Below, piece by piece: positions 1 through 9,606 of a stretch of DNA of 64,000 nucleotides; position 1 is the first letter of the stretch; each line of letters opens with the position of its first letter. The notes beneath the pieces were generated by a model, which did not search any database, had not been told where the DNA came from, and worked only from the letters and a program-made list of their open reading frames with translations. The translations under genes were made by a program, and so were the position numbers. The DNA lies in assembly GCA_045653035.1 (NCBI GenBank), contig JAZOLO010000006.1, positions 21,066 to 85,065 of the forward strand, given 5' to 3'. Origin of the DNA: Eubacteriales bacterium (lineage in GTDB: Bacteria > Bacillota > Clostridia > Oscillospirales > SIG627).

Positions 1-1
1 A

Positions 2-1741
2 GACCCTTCGGTAAACGGTACCAGAATCAATCTTAACGGTGCAAAAGCCTACACCTTTAACCCTGCAACAGAAGCAGGTCTCTGGGCTCTTTACACACCC
101 GAAAATGATACCTACGAAGAGTCCCAAAAGACACTCGTTTACGTTCGTGGTGAATATCTTGACCGCAAACAAATCGGTGAACAGTCAAGCGGCTATGCAT
201 ACGGTGAGGGTAACCTTAAAACTTCCTCCAATATGACGCTAGCAGAAGGGAGACTTCAGCGTACTTCTGCTTTCTGGGCAAGTGACAGCAATCTTTTGGA
301 GGAGGGTCAAAAGCACTTAACCGGTGTCTATTACAATTCCATTTCTTATATTGATGCAAACAAGTCTGATTTGGAAGATTTTCACGATGCAAAAGTGGCA
401 TACAACAACGGTATAGGCACTAAGGAAGCAGTAGATAAAGCGTTTGAAAAGATACTTTATAACGGTAACGGTATAGGTATTAAGGAGATATTTTACAGCT
501 ACGTTCTTACGCAAAAGGAGATTATTCCTATATCCGAGGTGTGCTCCTATAAATTCGCATTATACAGGAGCTTATCAAATTGCTTTGATTATCAAGATAA
601 CGAGGTTAAGTTTGTTGCATACGTTGCGGATAAAAACGGCAACATAACAGAATACGTACAGTACTGTTCTTATGACTTAAGCGAAAAACCGACAGATATC
701 GTTATTGACTTTACAGACGTTACTAAGTGGGAAACGGAGCTCCCCGATGAAGGCTACCTTGTAAGATTTGAAGTTTATCCTTATGAAGGAATAAAAGATT
801 ATACAAGGCTTGATGTTGGTACCGTAACAGGAAACTCACAGCTATATTACAGATTTTATTGTGACGACAGTGCTTACGTCATTTGTGAGCCCCCCGTTGT
901 AGACGTTGAGGGCATCAGTCTTGTGCTTGACGGTGCGATTGGTGCAAAAATTAACTTCAGCTACGACCCTGCTGAAGTAAAAGCGGCAACTCTTGTGCTG
1001 GATAAAGTAACAGGCATGAATCCTATTTGTGCAACTCTTGAAAACGGTAAGGGTGAGGTTATTGTTCCTTTCTATCCGAGGCTTGTAAATACTCTCAGCT
1101 ACACAGCAGACCTTGTTTGCACAAAGACTGACGATACACAATCTACTGTAAAAATCAAGAATATCTCAGTTAAGTCTTACATTGATGCAATGCAAGAAGA
1201 TGCTGAAAATCCAGTATACGAAAAATATATTGACCTTATAAATGCTCTTGAAGTGTACTGTGACTATGCAGAGAACTACTTCAGTGACGATGCATCACTT
1301 GGCGATTTGACACTCGAAACAGCAGAAGGAGCATTGGTATCCGAGAAATCCAATCGTTCGCAGACAGGAGGTCTTACGGGTGTAGAATTTTATTCTACCT
1401 CTCTTGTGCTTCTCGATACTATGAAAATCCGTCACTACTTCGTAATCGACGACACTTTAGCACTTAACAGTATTGTAGTAAGCGGAGCGAGCAGTCTTAT
1501 CGAGGCTGCTGCTGAAGCTGGTGACAAAAATCGTTATGCATACGTTGACGTAGAAAATATCTCGGCAGATAAACTCACTCAAGAGCAGACAGTGGTCTTA
1601 ACACTTGGTGAACAGATACTTACAATTAAGTTCTCTGTAATGGACTATGTACAGCTTACACAGACAGATACGGATAAGAAGCTTTCAAATCTTGCAAAGG
1701 CTATTGCAAAGTATGCATACACCGCAAGTAATATTAGCTAA
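2..1741 (+). CDS. C-terminal part of a large secreted or surface protein of unknown function (5' end outside the window)
   Basis: Frame 2 is open from nt 2 (DPSVNGTRINLNG...) and continuous with the listed 233..1741 ORF. A hairpin plus T-run follows. No family recognised. Confidence 0.6.
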   Translation, partial: DPSVNGTRINLNGAKAYTFNPATEAGLWALYTPENDTYEESQKTLVYVRGEYLDRKQIGEQSSGYAYGEGNLKTSSNMTLAEGRLQRTSAFWASDSNLLEEGQKHLTGVYYNSISYIDANKSDLEDFHDAKVAYNNGIGTKEAVDKAFEKILYNGNGIGIKEIFYSYVLTQKEIIPISEVCSYKFALYRSLSNCFDYQDNEVKFVAYVADKNGNITEYVQYCSYDLSEKPTDIVIDFTDVTKWETELPDEGYLVRFEVYPYEGIKDYTRLDVGTVTGNSQLYYRFYCDDSAYVICEPPVVDVEGISLVLDGAIGAKINFSYDPAEVKAATLVLDKVTGMNPICATLENGKGEVIVPFYPRLVNTLSYTADLVCTKTDDTQSTVKIKNISVKSYIDAMQEDAENPVYEKYIDLINALEVYCDYAENYFSDDASLGDLTLETAEGALVSEKSNRSQTGGLTGVEFYSTSLVLLDTMKIRHYFVIDDTLALNSIVVSGASSLIEAAAEAGDKNRYAYVDVENISADKLTQEQTVVLTLGEQILTIKFSVMDYVQLTQTDTDKKLSNLAKAIAKYAYTASNIS

Positions 1742-1775
1742 GCTAAACCCGAAATGAAGACAGTGTAACTAAAAA

Positions 1776-1810
1776 GCCGAAGTGCCCGTAAGGGACTCTT
1801 TGGCTTTTTT
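1776..1810 (+). terminator. Rho-independent terminator
   Basis: GCCGAAGTGCCC-GTAA-GGGACTCTTTGGC stem-loop followed by TTTTTT. Confidence 0.7.
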
Positions 1811-1976
1811 GTTTTAATTTTTTACAATTGTGAACTCCAAAGCACCATGTTAGAAGCTTTTTATAAATTAAAGAAAGAAAAACGTTAAAAAGGGATAAAA
1901 TAATATATAACGCTTGACGAAAGCCTCAATATATGGTAAAATTCTACGATTAAACCCTAAAAAGCGAGGAAAAATT

Positions 1977-3893
1977 ATGGAAGAAAAAAATAAGTTCAAG
2001 CCTTATATTCCCGCAAGTAAAGTAACGCCTGAGCTTACCGTAACATCGGTAATCATGGGTATTCTTCTTGCAGTAATATTCGGTGCGGCGAATGCATATC
2101 TCGGACTCCGTGTGGGCATGACTGTGTCTGCTTCTATTCCTGCCGCAGTCATAGCTATGGGTGTTATCCGAGTTGTTATGAAGAAAAATTCAATTCTCGA
2201 AAGTAATATCGTACAGACTGTAGGCTCCGCAGGTGAGTCTCTTGCGGCAGGTGCTATATTCACTCTCCCTGCCCTCTATCTTTGGGCAAGAGAGGGACTT
2301 ATGGAAAAGCCTGACCTTGTTGAGATTACCCTTATTGCACTTCTCGGAGGACTTCTCGGCGTATTCTTTATGGTTCCCCTCCGAAACGCTCTTATCGTAA
2401 AAGAGCACGGTGTGCTTCCTTATCCCGAAGGACAGGCGTGTGCCGAGGTGCTTCTTGCAGGTGAGGAGAGTGGCTCGTCTGCGAAGACAGTCTTTGCAGG
2501 TATGGGCTTTGCGGCACTTTTCAAGTTTATTATCGACGGGGTAAAAATCGTTCCCGGTGAGGTTTCCCTCGAGGGCAGTACTAAAACATACCCCGCATCC
2601 TTCGGTACACAGATTTACCCTGCCGTAATGTCGGTAGGCTATATTTGCGGACCGAGAATTTCTTCTTATATGCTTGCTGGCGGTATAGTGAGCTGGGTTG
2701 TTTTAATACCTCTTATCGTTATTTTCGGTGCTTCCATTACTATGTATCCCGTAACCGACAGCACTATCGGTGAGCTTTTCCAGACAGGCGGAGCAAGCTC
2801 TATATGGAGCAGCTTTGTCAGATATATCGGTGCAGGTGCTCTTGCGGCTGGCGGTATCATAAGCCTTCTGAAATCACTTCCCCTTATTATACGAACCTTT
2901 GCCGATGCTTTGAGGGGGCTCTCTTCGGGCGGTGCCGTTTCAAACGAGCGTACAACACAGGACATAAACATTAAAATAGTTCTTATTTTAATACTCATTT
3001 TAACACTTCTCGTATGGCTTGTTCCAGTGGTTCCCGTATCCCTTGTAGGAGCTATAATCGTAGTTATCTTCGGCTTCTTCTTTGCAACGGTTTCCTCCCG
3101 TATGGTAGGACTTGTAGGAAGCAGTAACAACCCTGTTTCGGGCATGTCTATTGCAACGCTTCTTATAGCAACCCTCATCCTGAAGCTTACAGGAGAAGCG
3201 GGTGCTTCTGGTATGCAGGCGGCTATAGCTATCGGTTCAATTATATGTATCGTTGCCGCAATCTCTGGCGATACCTCTCAAGACCTGAAAACAGGATATC
3301 TCCTCGGTGCTACACCGAAAAAACAGCAGATCGGTGAAATTATCGGTGTAGTCGCTGCGGCTTTTGCTATCGGTGCAACGCTTAACCTTCTTGACACTGC
3401 TTGGGGCTTTGGCTCGAACGAGCTTGCAGCACCTCAGGCGACTCTTATGAAGATGGTTATCGAGGGTATTATGGGCGGTGAGCTTCCCTGGTCTCTCATC
3501 TTCGTAGGCGTAGCTCTTGCAGTGGTGGCAGAGGTGCTTGGTATTCCCGTTTTACCCTTTGCTATCGGTGTTTATCTCCCTGTACAGCTGAATGCTTGTA
3601 TCATGGTGGGTGGTATCGTAAGATTTTTTATGGACAGAATTAAGAACGAAGAAAAGAGAAAGACTGCTACAAGCAACGGTATCCTCTTCTGCTCGGGTAT
3701 GATAGCAGGTGAGGGACTCGTAGGTATTCTTCTTGCGGTTATTGCAATATTCGGCGTTGATAAGATGCTTGATTTATCAGCCAAACTCGGTCTCTCTACA
3801 CTTTGGTCAAGCCTTGGCTCACTTGTTGTTTTTGCCGCAATAGTTCTTGTTCTTGTTAAATTCTGCCTTGGCAAGAAAGAGAAAAAACAATGA
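1977..3893 (+). CDS. OPT-family oligopeptide transporter
   Basis: About 640 aa polytopic membrane protein with OPT-type blocks (YPEGQACAEVL, GxxxG-rich TMs). Start chosen at ATG 1977 (MEEKNKFKPYIP), after GAGGAAAAATT. Confidence 0.8.
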   Translation: MEEKNKFKPYIPASKVTPELTVTSVIMGILLAVIFGAANAYLGLRVGMTVSASIPAAVIAMGVIRVVMKKNSILESNIVQTVGSAGESLAAGAIFTLPALYLWAREGLMEKPDLVEITLIALLGGLLGVFFMVPLRNALIVKEHGVLPYPEGQACAEVLLAGEESGSSAKTVFAGMGFAALFKFIIDGVKIVPGEVSLEGSTKTYPASFGTQIYPAVMSVGYICGPRISSYMLAGGIVSWVVLIPLIVIFGASITMYPVTDSTIGELFQTGGASSIWSSFVRYIGAGALAAGGIISLLKSLPLIIRTFADALRGLSSGGAVSNERTTQDINIKIVLILILILTLLVWLVPVVPVSLVGAIIVVIFGFFFATVSSRMVGLVGSSNNPVSGMSIATLLIATLILKLTGEAGASGMQAAIAIGSIICIVAAISGDTSQDLKTGYLLGATPKKQQIGEIIGVVAAAFAIGATLNLLDTAWGFGSNELAAPQATLMKMVIEGIMGGELPWSLIFVGVALAVVAEVLGIPVLPFAIGVYLPVQLNACIMVGGIVRFFMDRIKNEEKRKTATSNGILFCSGMIAGEGLVGILLAVIAIFGVDKMLDLSAKLGLSTLWSSLGSLVVFAAIVLVLVKFCLGKKEKKQ

Positions 3894-4243
3894 AGAAAAA
3901 GACAGTAATTCAAAAGAATTACCTTGAAAAGATACCCTGTCGCCCCTTTGAAATAAACTGGAAAAAGGACGAAGAGGGAATAGTAACTCTCGAAATAGAG
4001 AATTGCGGTTTTATGAACAGGGTAGCTCAAAAGCTTTTCCGCAAGCCCAAAATAAGCTTTATCCACCTTGACGAGCTGGGAAGCTTTTTGTGGGAGATTA
4101 TTGATGGTGAGAAATCAATTCTCGACCTTGGACTTCTTGTCAAAGAAAAATTTGGTGAAAAAGCCCAACCACTCTACGAAAGACTCGCAAAGTATTTTAT
4201 GATACTTGACTCCTACGGCTTTGTGAAATGGGCAAATAAATGA
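3890..4243 (+). CDS. PqqD-family (RiPP-recognition-element-like) small protein
   Basis: HLDELGSFLWEIIDGEKSILDL...FGE...RLAKYFMILDSYGFVKW matches the PqqD/RRE winged-helix pattern as I recall it. The start overlaps the OPT stop (ATGA). Confidence 0.6.
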   Translation: MKKKTVIQKNYLEKIPCRPFEINWKKDEEGIVTLEIENCGFMNRVAQKLFRKPKISFIHLDELGSFLWEIIDGEKSILDLGLLVKEKFGEKAQPLYERLAKYFMILDSYGFVKWANK

Positions 4244-4253
4244 CAAAAAAATC

Positions 4254-4282
4254 TTGACATTTTTACTTTATTGTGCTAAAAT
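4254..4282 (+). promoter_or_regulatory. Sigma-A type promoter of the T-box operon
   Basis: TTGACA (4254-4259), 17-nt spacer, TGc-TAAAAT extended -10 (4277-4282). Confidence 0.6.
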
Positions 4283-4289
4283 ACCACTA

Positions 4290-4563
4290 TCATCTAAATG
4301 CGTTGAGCAGAAACAAGTAGAAATTCAGTAGAGCCACAAGAGAGTTGTCGGTTGGTGCGAGACAACGGCAGTCTGATTTTTGAATACCTTCTGTTAGCAG
4401 TGCACCGAAAGGAAACGAGTAGGCTGCAACGGGAGTTCCCGTAACAGAACAAGGGTATAGCAAGTACCCGTAAAGGTCGGAGCTGTGAAACTTCGGCGAA
4501 CAGAGGTGGTACCACGGTTTTGAAGAAATCGTCCTCTTTGAAAAAAGAGGACGTTATTTTTTT
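4290..4563 (+). promoter_or_regulatory. T-box leader (tRNA-sensing transcription attenuator), probable UAC (Tyr) specifier
   Basis: K-turn-like GTTGA (4302-4306). S-turn AAGTA. AG bulge AGAGAG (4339-4344). Distal loop GGTGCGA (4354-4360). Specifier loop GAA-UAC-C (UAC at 4385-4387). T-box core AGGTGGTACCACGG (4504-4517). Terminator CGTCCTCTTT/AAAGAGGACG plus T-run (4530-4563), with alternative AGAGG:CCTCT antiterminator pairing. Confidence 0.85.
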
Positions 4564-4617
4564 CCATTGGATTACGTTCTCTTCCTTGCAAAATAAAAAA
4601 AGAAAGAAGGGACTTGA

Positions 4618-6189
4618 ATGGAAACACAAATTCTTACAAGTATTATGCTTGTAATATTCTTCGCAGTAATGATTGGTGTCGGACTTTTTTGCCGCCGCCA
4701 CTCCACAAACGTTGACGGATTCGTCCTCGGTGGCAGAAGCGTCGGTCCTTGGCTTACAGCCTTTGCATATGGCACAAGCTACTTTTCGGCGGTTATCTTT
4801 GTCGGCTATGCGGGACAGTTCGGCTGGGCTTTCGGTATGGCGTCCACATGGATAGGTCTCGGCAACGCATTTATCGGCTCACTTCTTGCATGGGTGATAC
4901 TCGGCAGAAGAACGAGAGTTATGACAAAGCATCTTGAAAGCAAGACTATGCCTGAATTTTTTGAAAAGAGATATGACTCAAAGGCACTTAAAATAGTTGC
5001 TTCATTCATCGTTTTCGTATTCCTTATTCCTTATACGGCATCTCTCTACAATGGACTTTCAAGCCTTTTTAATATGGCTTTCGGTATTCCTTACCCAGTT
5101 GTAATTGCAGTTATGGCAGTCCTTACGGGAATTTACGTAATATACGGCGGATATATGGCAACTGCCATAAACGATTTCATTCAGGGAATTATTATGCTTG
5201 TTGGTATCGTTGCTGTTATAACGGCGGTGATAGTATCAAAGGGTGGCTTTACCGAGGCTTACTCGGCACTTGCTGAAATTCCACACGAAACAATGTCGGG
5301 AGCGTATGCGTCATTTCTTGGACCTGAACCCGTATTCCTTTTCTTTGTAGTAATTCTTACATCTCTTGGCACTTGGGGACTTCCTCAGATGGTTGGTAAA
5401 TTCTACTCCATCAATAACGAGGAGGCAATAAACAAGGGTACTATTATTTCAACTATATTTGCTATTATCGTTGCAGGGGGCTGTTACTTCCTCGGAGGAT
5501 TTGGCAGACTTTTTGACAGTGAGGCTCTTTACGCCAATGGAAAACTCATGAATGACAAAATTATTCCTTCGATGCTTTCAGACCTTTCACCTATAATTGT
5601 TGCGATAGTTATAGTGCTTGTTCTTGCGGCATCAATGTCAACTCTCTCCTCACTTGTACTTACCTCTGCATCAACTCTTACTCTTGACGTTGTTGCCCCC
5701 GCATCAAAAAAAGAAATGACAGAAAAGGAAAAGCTTCTCACACTCCGTCTTTTCATAGTGTTCTTTATTGTTGTTTCGGCAGTAATTGCAATAGTCAAGG
5801 ATATGTTCCCGGGCTTTACCTTCATTGCACAGATGATGGGCGTATCATGGGGTGCTTTGGCAGGTGCATTCCTCCCTCCTTTCCTCTACGGACTCTACTC
5901 CAAAAAGGTTACAAAGGCGGCAGTTCTTTGTTCCTTTATATTCGGTACTGGTATTGAGGTAATTCAGCTTTTAAAGGACTTTGGACTTTTCACTATAGAT
6001 GGCGGTTTCCTCGGCTTCGTATTTACAAACTCTCTCTACTCAGGCGTATTTGCGATAGCGGGCGGACTTATCCTCGTTCCCGTTGTCAGCCTCTTTACTC
6101 CAAAGCTGAACAAAGAGGAAACGGATAAGATGTTCTCCTGCTACGAAAGAGAAGTTAAGGTTTACTCAAAACAGTCACTTGGAAAATAA
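4618..6189 (+). CDS. Sodium:solute symporter (SSS) family transporter
   Basis: 523 aa with about 13 TM segments and an SSS-like N-terminus (GGRSVGPWLTAFAYGTSYFSAVIFVGYAG). First gene after the T-box. Confidence 0.8.
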   Translation: METQILTSIMLVIFFAVMIGVGLFCRRHSTNVDGFVLGGRSVGPWLTAFAYGTSYFSAVIFVGYAGQFGWAFGMASTWIGLGNAFIGSLLAWVILGRRTRVMTKHLESKTMPEFFEKRYDSKALKIVASFIVFVFLIPYTASLYNGLSSLFNMAFGIPYPVVIAVMAVLTGIYVIYGGYMATAINDFIQGIIMLVGIVAVITAVIVSKGGFTEAYSALAEIPHETMSGAYASFLGPEPVFLFFVVILTSLGTWGLPQMVGKFYSINNEEAINKGTIISTIFAIIVAGGCYFLGGFGRLFDSEALYANGKLMNDKIIPSMLSDLSPIIVAIVIVLVLAASMSTLSSLVLTSASTLTLDVVAPASKKEMTEKEKLLTLRLFIVFFIVVSAVIAIVKDMFPGFTFIAQMMGVSWGALAGAFLPPFLYGLYSKKVTKAAVLCSFIFGTGIEVIQLLKDFGLFTIDGGFLGFVFTNSLYSGVFAIAGGLILVPVVSLFTPKLNKEETDKMFSCYEREVKVYSKQSLGK

Positions 6190-6210
6190 CTTGAAAAAGG
6201 ATATATAAAA

Positions 6211-7851
6211 ATGCCTATTACAGAAATCTTACAGAAAAATGCAGACATTTATCCCAACGACGTTGCCCTCGTTGAGATAAACCCCAAATTTGAAAGACAG
6301 CGTACCTCATGGCGTGAGTACTCCCTTATCGAGACAAACTCACGCGAGGTATACCGAAAGGAGATTACCTGGCAGGACTTCAACTGCAAGGCAAACCGAT
6401 TTGCAAACCTTCTCCTGTCAAGAGGTGTAAAACGCGGTGACAAGGTGGCAATTCTTCTCATGAACTGTCTTGAGTGGCTTCCTGTTTACTTCGGTGCACT
6501 CAAAGCAGGCACTATGGCAGTGCCTCTCAATTACCGTTATACAGGTGACGAAATCAAATACTGTCTTGACTTATCCGATGCCGACGTTCTTGTATTCGGA
6601 CCTGAATTTACAGGACGTGTAGAGGAAATATGCCACAAGGCAAAGAAGGTAAAGACGTGGCTTTACATAGGTGAGGACTGTCCTACCTTCGCGGAAAGCT
6701 ACGAGGAGCTTGTAGAATACTGCTCGTCAAAGGCTCCGAAAATAAAGCTTACCGATGACGATGATGCGGCAATCTACTTCTCCTCGGGAACAACAGGCTT
6801 CCCCAAGGCTATTATACATAAGCACAGAAGTCTCATGCACGCGGCAATGACCGAGCAAAATCATCACTCACAGACAAAGGATGACGTATTCCTTTGTATT
6901 CCTCCTCTCTACCATACGGGTGCGAAGAGGCACTGAGTCGGCTCAATCCTTGTGGGAGGACGTGCGGTGCTTCTCAACGGTATTAAGCCCGAGTGGATTT
7001 TGCAGGTTGCATCTGAGGAAAGATGCTCTATCGTATGGCTTCTCGTACCCTGGGCACAGGATTTGCTTGATGCAATAGAGAGAGGCGATATAAAGCTTGA
7101 GGACTACGATTTGTCGGCTTGGCGTCTTATGCATATAGGTGCTCAGCCCGTTCCTCCAAGTCTTGTTAAGCGTTGGAAGGGATACTTCCCTCACCATGCA
7201 TACGATACAAACTATGGTCTCTCTGAGTCGATAGGTCCAGGCTGTGTACACCTTGGCGTTGAAAACGAAGATAAGGTTGGTGCTATCGGAAAAGCAGGCT
7301 ACGGCTGGCAGACCAAGATAGTTGACGAAGAAAGAAACGAAGTGAAGAAGGGTGAGGTAGGTGAGCTTGCAGTAAAGGGTCCCGGTGTTATGACCGCTTA
7401 CTACAAGGACGAAAAGGCTACCTCCGAGGTGCTTTCCGACGGTTGGCTCTTTACGGGAGATATGGCAGAGGAGGACGAGGACGGCTTCATTTGGCTTGTT
7501 GACCGTAAGAAGGACGTTATTATATCTGGCGGTGAAAACCTTTACCCCGTACAGATTGAGGACTTCCTCCGCCGTCACGATAAGATAAACGACGTTGCGG
7601 TAATAGGACTTCCCGACCCAAGACTTGGTGAAATTGCCGCCGCTATTATTCAGGCAAAAGAAGGCGTTGAGCTTGACGAGAAGGAGATTCAGGACTTCTG
7701 TCTTGACCTTCCGAGATACAAGAGACCTCACAAGATAATATTTGCAGACGTACCTCGTAACCCGACGGGTAAAATAGAGAAGCCCAAGCTTCGCCGTATA
7801 TACTGCGGTGAAAGCCTTGTAGCAAAACAGAATGAAATCAAAAACGTGTAA
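6211..7851 (+). pseudogene. AMP-dependent acyl-CoA synthetase/ligase interrupted by one in-frame TGA (6934-6936). Pseudogene, sequencing error or recoding.
   Basis: Listed ORFs 6211..6936 and 6952..7851 are in the same frame. Translation reads ...PPLYHTGAKRH*VGSILVGGRAVLLNG.... AMP-binding motifs are present (SSGTTGFPK, GWLFTGD, GKIEKPKLR). Confidence 0.75.
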
Positions 7852-7868
7852 AATAAGGGAGACAAAAA

Positions 7869-9605
7869 ATGAAGAAATTACTGCTTGGAAATGCGGCAGT
7901 TGCAAGAGGTGCCTATGAGGCAGGCGTAAACGTTGTGTCATCATACCCAGGCACTCCTTCGACCGAGATAACCGAAGAAATTGTTAAGTTTGAAGAAATA
8001 TATGCAGAGTGGGCGCCTAACGAAAAGGTAGCCGCAGAGGTTGCAATCGGTGCATCCATCGGCGGTGCAAGAGCTATGAGCTGTATGAAGCACGTAGGTC
8101 TTAACGTTATGGCAGACCCTGTTTTCACAGTGAGCTATACAGGCGTGAACGGCGGACTTGTATTCTGTGTTGCAGACGACCCAGGAATGCACTCCTCACA
8201 GAATGAGCAGGACTCACGCCACTATGCCAAGGCTTCAAAGATTATGATGCTTGAGCCCTCCGATTCGGCAGAGTGCCGTGATATGACGAAGGCGGCTTTC
8301 GAGCTTTCTGAAAAGTTCGATACTCCCGTATTTATACGCCTTTCCACAAGAGTTTCTCACTCACAGAGCCTTGTTGAGCTTCACGATAGGGAAGAGGTAG
8401 GTATTAAGGACTACGAAAAAAATATTCCCAAATACGTTATGATGCCAGCAATGGCAATAAAGCGTCACGTTGTGGTTGAGGATAGAATAAAGGCACTCAC
8501 CGCTTTTGCTGAGGAGTCGGACATTAACAAAATTGAAAACAACGGCTCAAAGATTGGTGTTATCACTGCAGGTATCTCCTATATGTATTCAAAAGAGGCA
8601 CTTCAGGATAAAGCCGATTTCTTGAAGCTCGGTATGGTTTATCCCCTCCCCGAAAAGAAGATTCTCGACTTTGCAAAGAGCCACGATAAGCTTTTCGTTA
8701 TCGAAGAGCTTGACCCCGTAATCGAGGAGCATATCAAGGCACTTGGTATTGAGGTTATCGGAAAAGAAGCCTTCACCCTTCTGGGCGAGTACACTCCCGC
8801 AATGATAAAGAAGGCGGTACTTGGCGAGGACGCTCCCGAAAGCAAGGCTCTCACCGAAGCTATCCCCGTTCGTCCTCCCGTAATGTGTGCAGGCTGTCCT
8901 CACAGAGGTACCTTCTACGTACTCAAAAAGCTCGGTCTCGTGGTATCGGGCGACATCGGATGCTATACTCTCGGTGCAACACTTCCTCTCCAGTCGGTTG
9001 ACACCACCATTTGTATGGGTGCATCCGTTTCGGCGGCACACGGCATGGCAAAAGCAAGAGGAGCTGAATTCAACAAGAAGCTTGTATCCGTTATAGGTGA
9101 TTCCACCTTTATGCATTCGGGTATTACAGGACTTATTGACATAGTTTACAATAAGGGTAACAATACGGTTATCATTCTTGACAACTCTATTACGGGTATG
9201 ACGGGACATCAGGATAACCCCACTACAGGCTATACCATAAGAGGCGAGGAGACAAAGCAGGTAAATCTTGTAACTCTCTGTAAGTCAATAGGTATTGACA
9301 ATGTTGTGGTTGCCGACCCCTTTGACGTAAAGAGCTTTGAGAAGGTAGTCAAGGCAGAGGTAGAGAGGGAAGAGCCCTCTGTAATTATTGCACAGCGTCC
9401 CTGCGCACTTCTTAAGAGTGTAAAATATGAGGGCGTTTGCAAGATAACCGATAAATGCCGTAACTGTAAGATGTGCATGAAGCTTGGCTGTCCTGCAATT
9501 ACCGTAAGAGAGGGCAAGGTGGTAATTGATGCAACTCAGTGTAACGGATGCGGACTTTGTATAAACGTTTGTCCTTTCGGTGCTATCGAAAAGGAGGAAA
9601 GATAA
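7869..9605 (+). CDS. iorA: Indolepyruvate:ferredoxin oxidoreductase alpha subunit
   Basis: 578 aa. TPP-binding GDSTFMHSG. C-terminal 2x[4Fe-4S] motifs (CRNCKMCMKLGCP, CNGCGLCINVCP). Confidence 0.85.
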   Translation: MKKLLLGNAAVARGAYEAGVNVVSSYPGTPSTEITEEIVKFEEIYAEWAPNEKVAAEVAIGASIGGARAMSCMKHVGLNVMADPVFTVSYTGVNGGLVFCVADDPGMHSSQNEQDSRHYAKASKIMMLEPSDSAECRDMTKAAFELSEKFDTPVFIRLSTRVSHSQSLVELHDREEVGIKDYEKNIPKYVMMPAMAIKRHVVVEDRIKALTAFAEESDINKIENNGSKIGVITAGISYMYSKEALQDKADFLKLGMVYPLPEKKILDFAKSHDKLFVIEELDPVIEEHIKALGIEVIGKEAFTLLGEYTPAMIKKAVLGEDAPESKALTEAIPVRPPVMCAGCPHRGTFYVLKKLGLVVSGDIGCYTLGATLPLQSVDTTICMGASVSAAHGMAKARGAEFNKKLVSVIGDSTFMHSGITGLIDIVYNKGNNTVIILDNSITGMTGHQDNPTTGYTIRGEETKQVNLVTLCKSIGIDNVVVADPFDVKSFEKVVKAEVEREEPSVIIAQRPCALLKSVKYEGVCKITDKCRNCKMCMKLGCPAITVREGKVVIDATQCNGCGLCINVCPFGAIEKEER

Positions 9606-9606
9606 A

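Noticed and set aside
39-514. Small ORFs at 39-236 (+), 216-401 (-) and 317-514 (-)
   Set aside because: All are nested in the long frame-2 ORF that is open from the window start, and their translations are low-complexity.
4294-4775. Minus-strand ORFs of 67 to 135 aa across the T-box leader
   Set aside because: The region has every hallmark of a plus-strand T-box RNA, and the ORFs have no RBS or coding-like composition.
6934-6936. Selenocysteine or an alternative genetic code (UGA = Trp/Gly) as the explanation for the in-frame TGA
   Set aside because: TGA clearly terminates other genes here (OPT, PqqD-like, copA, priA, spoIIR). I could not find a convincing SECIS-like stem-loop in the 40 nt after the TGA. 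No sel genes are in the window, and the adenylate-forming family is not known to me to contain selenoproteins. The possibility is kept only as a low-probability alternative within the finding.
6943-7944. A 333-aa antisense ORF inside the acyl-CoA synthetase and iorA genes
   Set aside because: It lies codon-aligned opposite strongly supported genes and its translation is low-complexity (Leu/Val/Phe/Tyr-rich). The sense genes rarely use TTA, CTA and TCA codons, which removes stops from the antisense frame.
8589-9209. Antisense ORFs of about 200 aa in iorA (8589-9209) and in stp/prkC (46788-47432)
   Set aside because: Same reasoning as for the other antisense ORFs. They are nested in genes with strong motif support.
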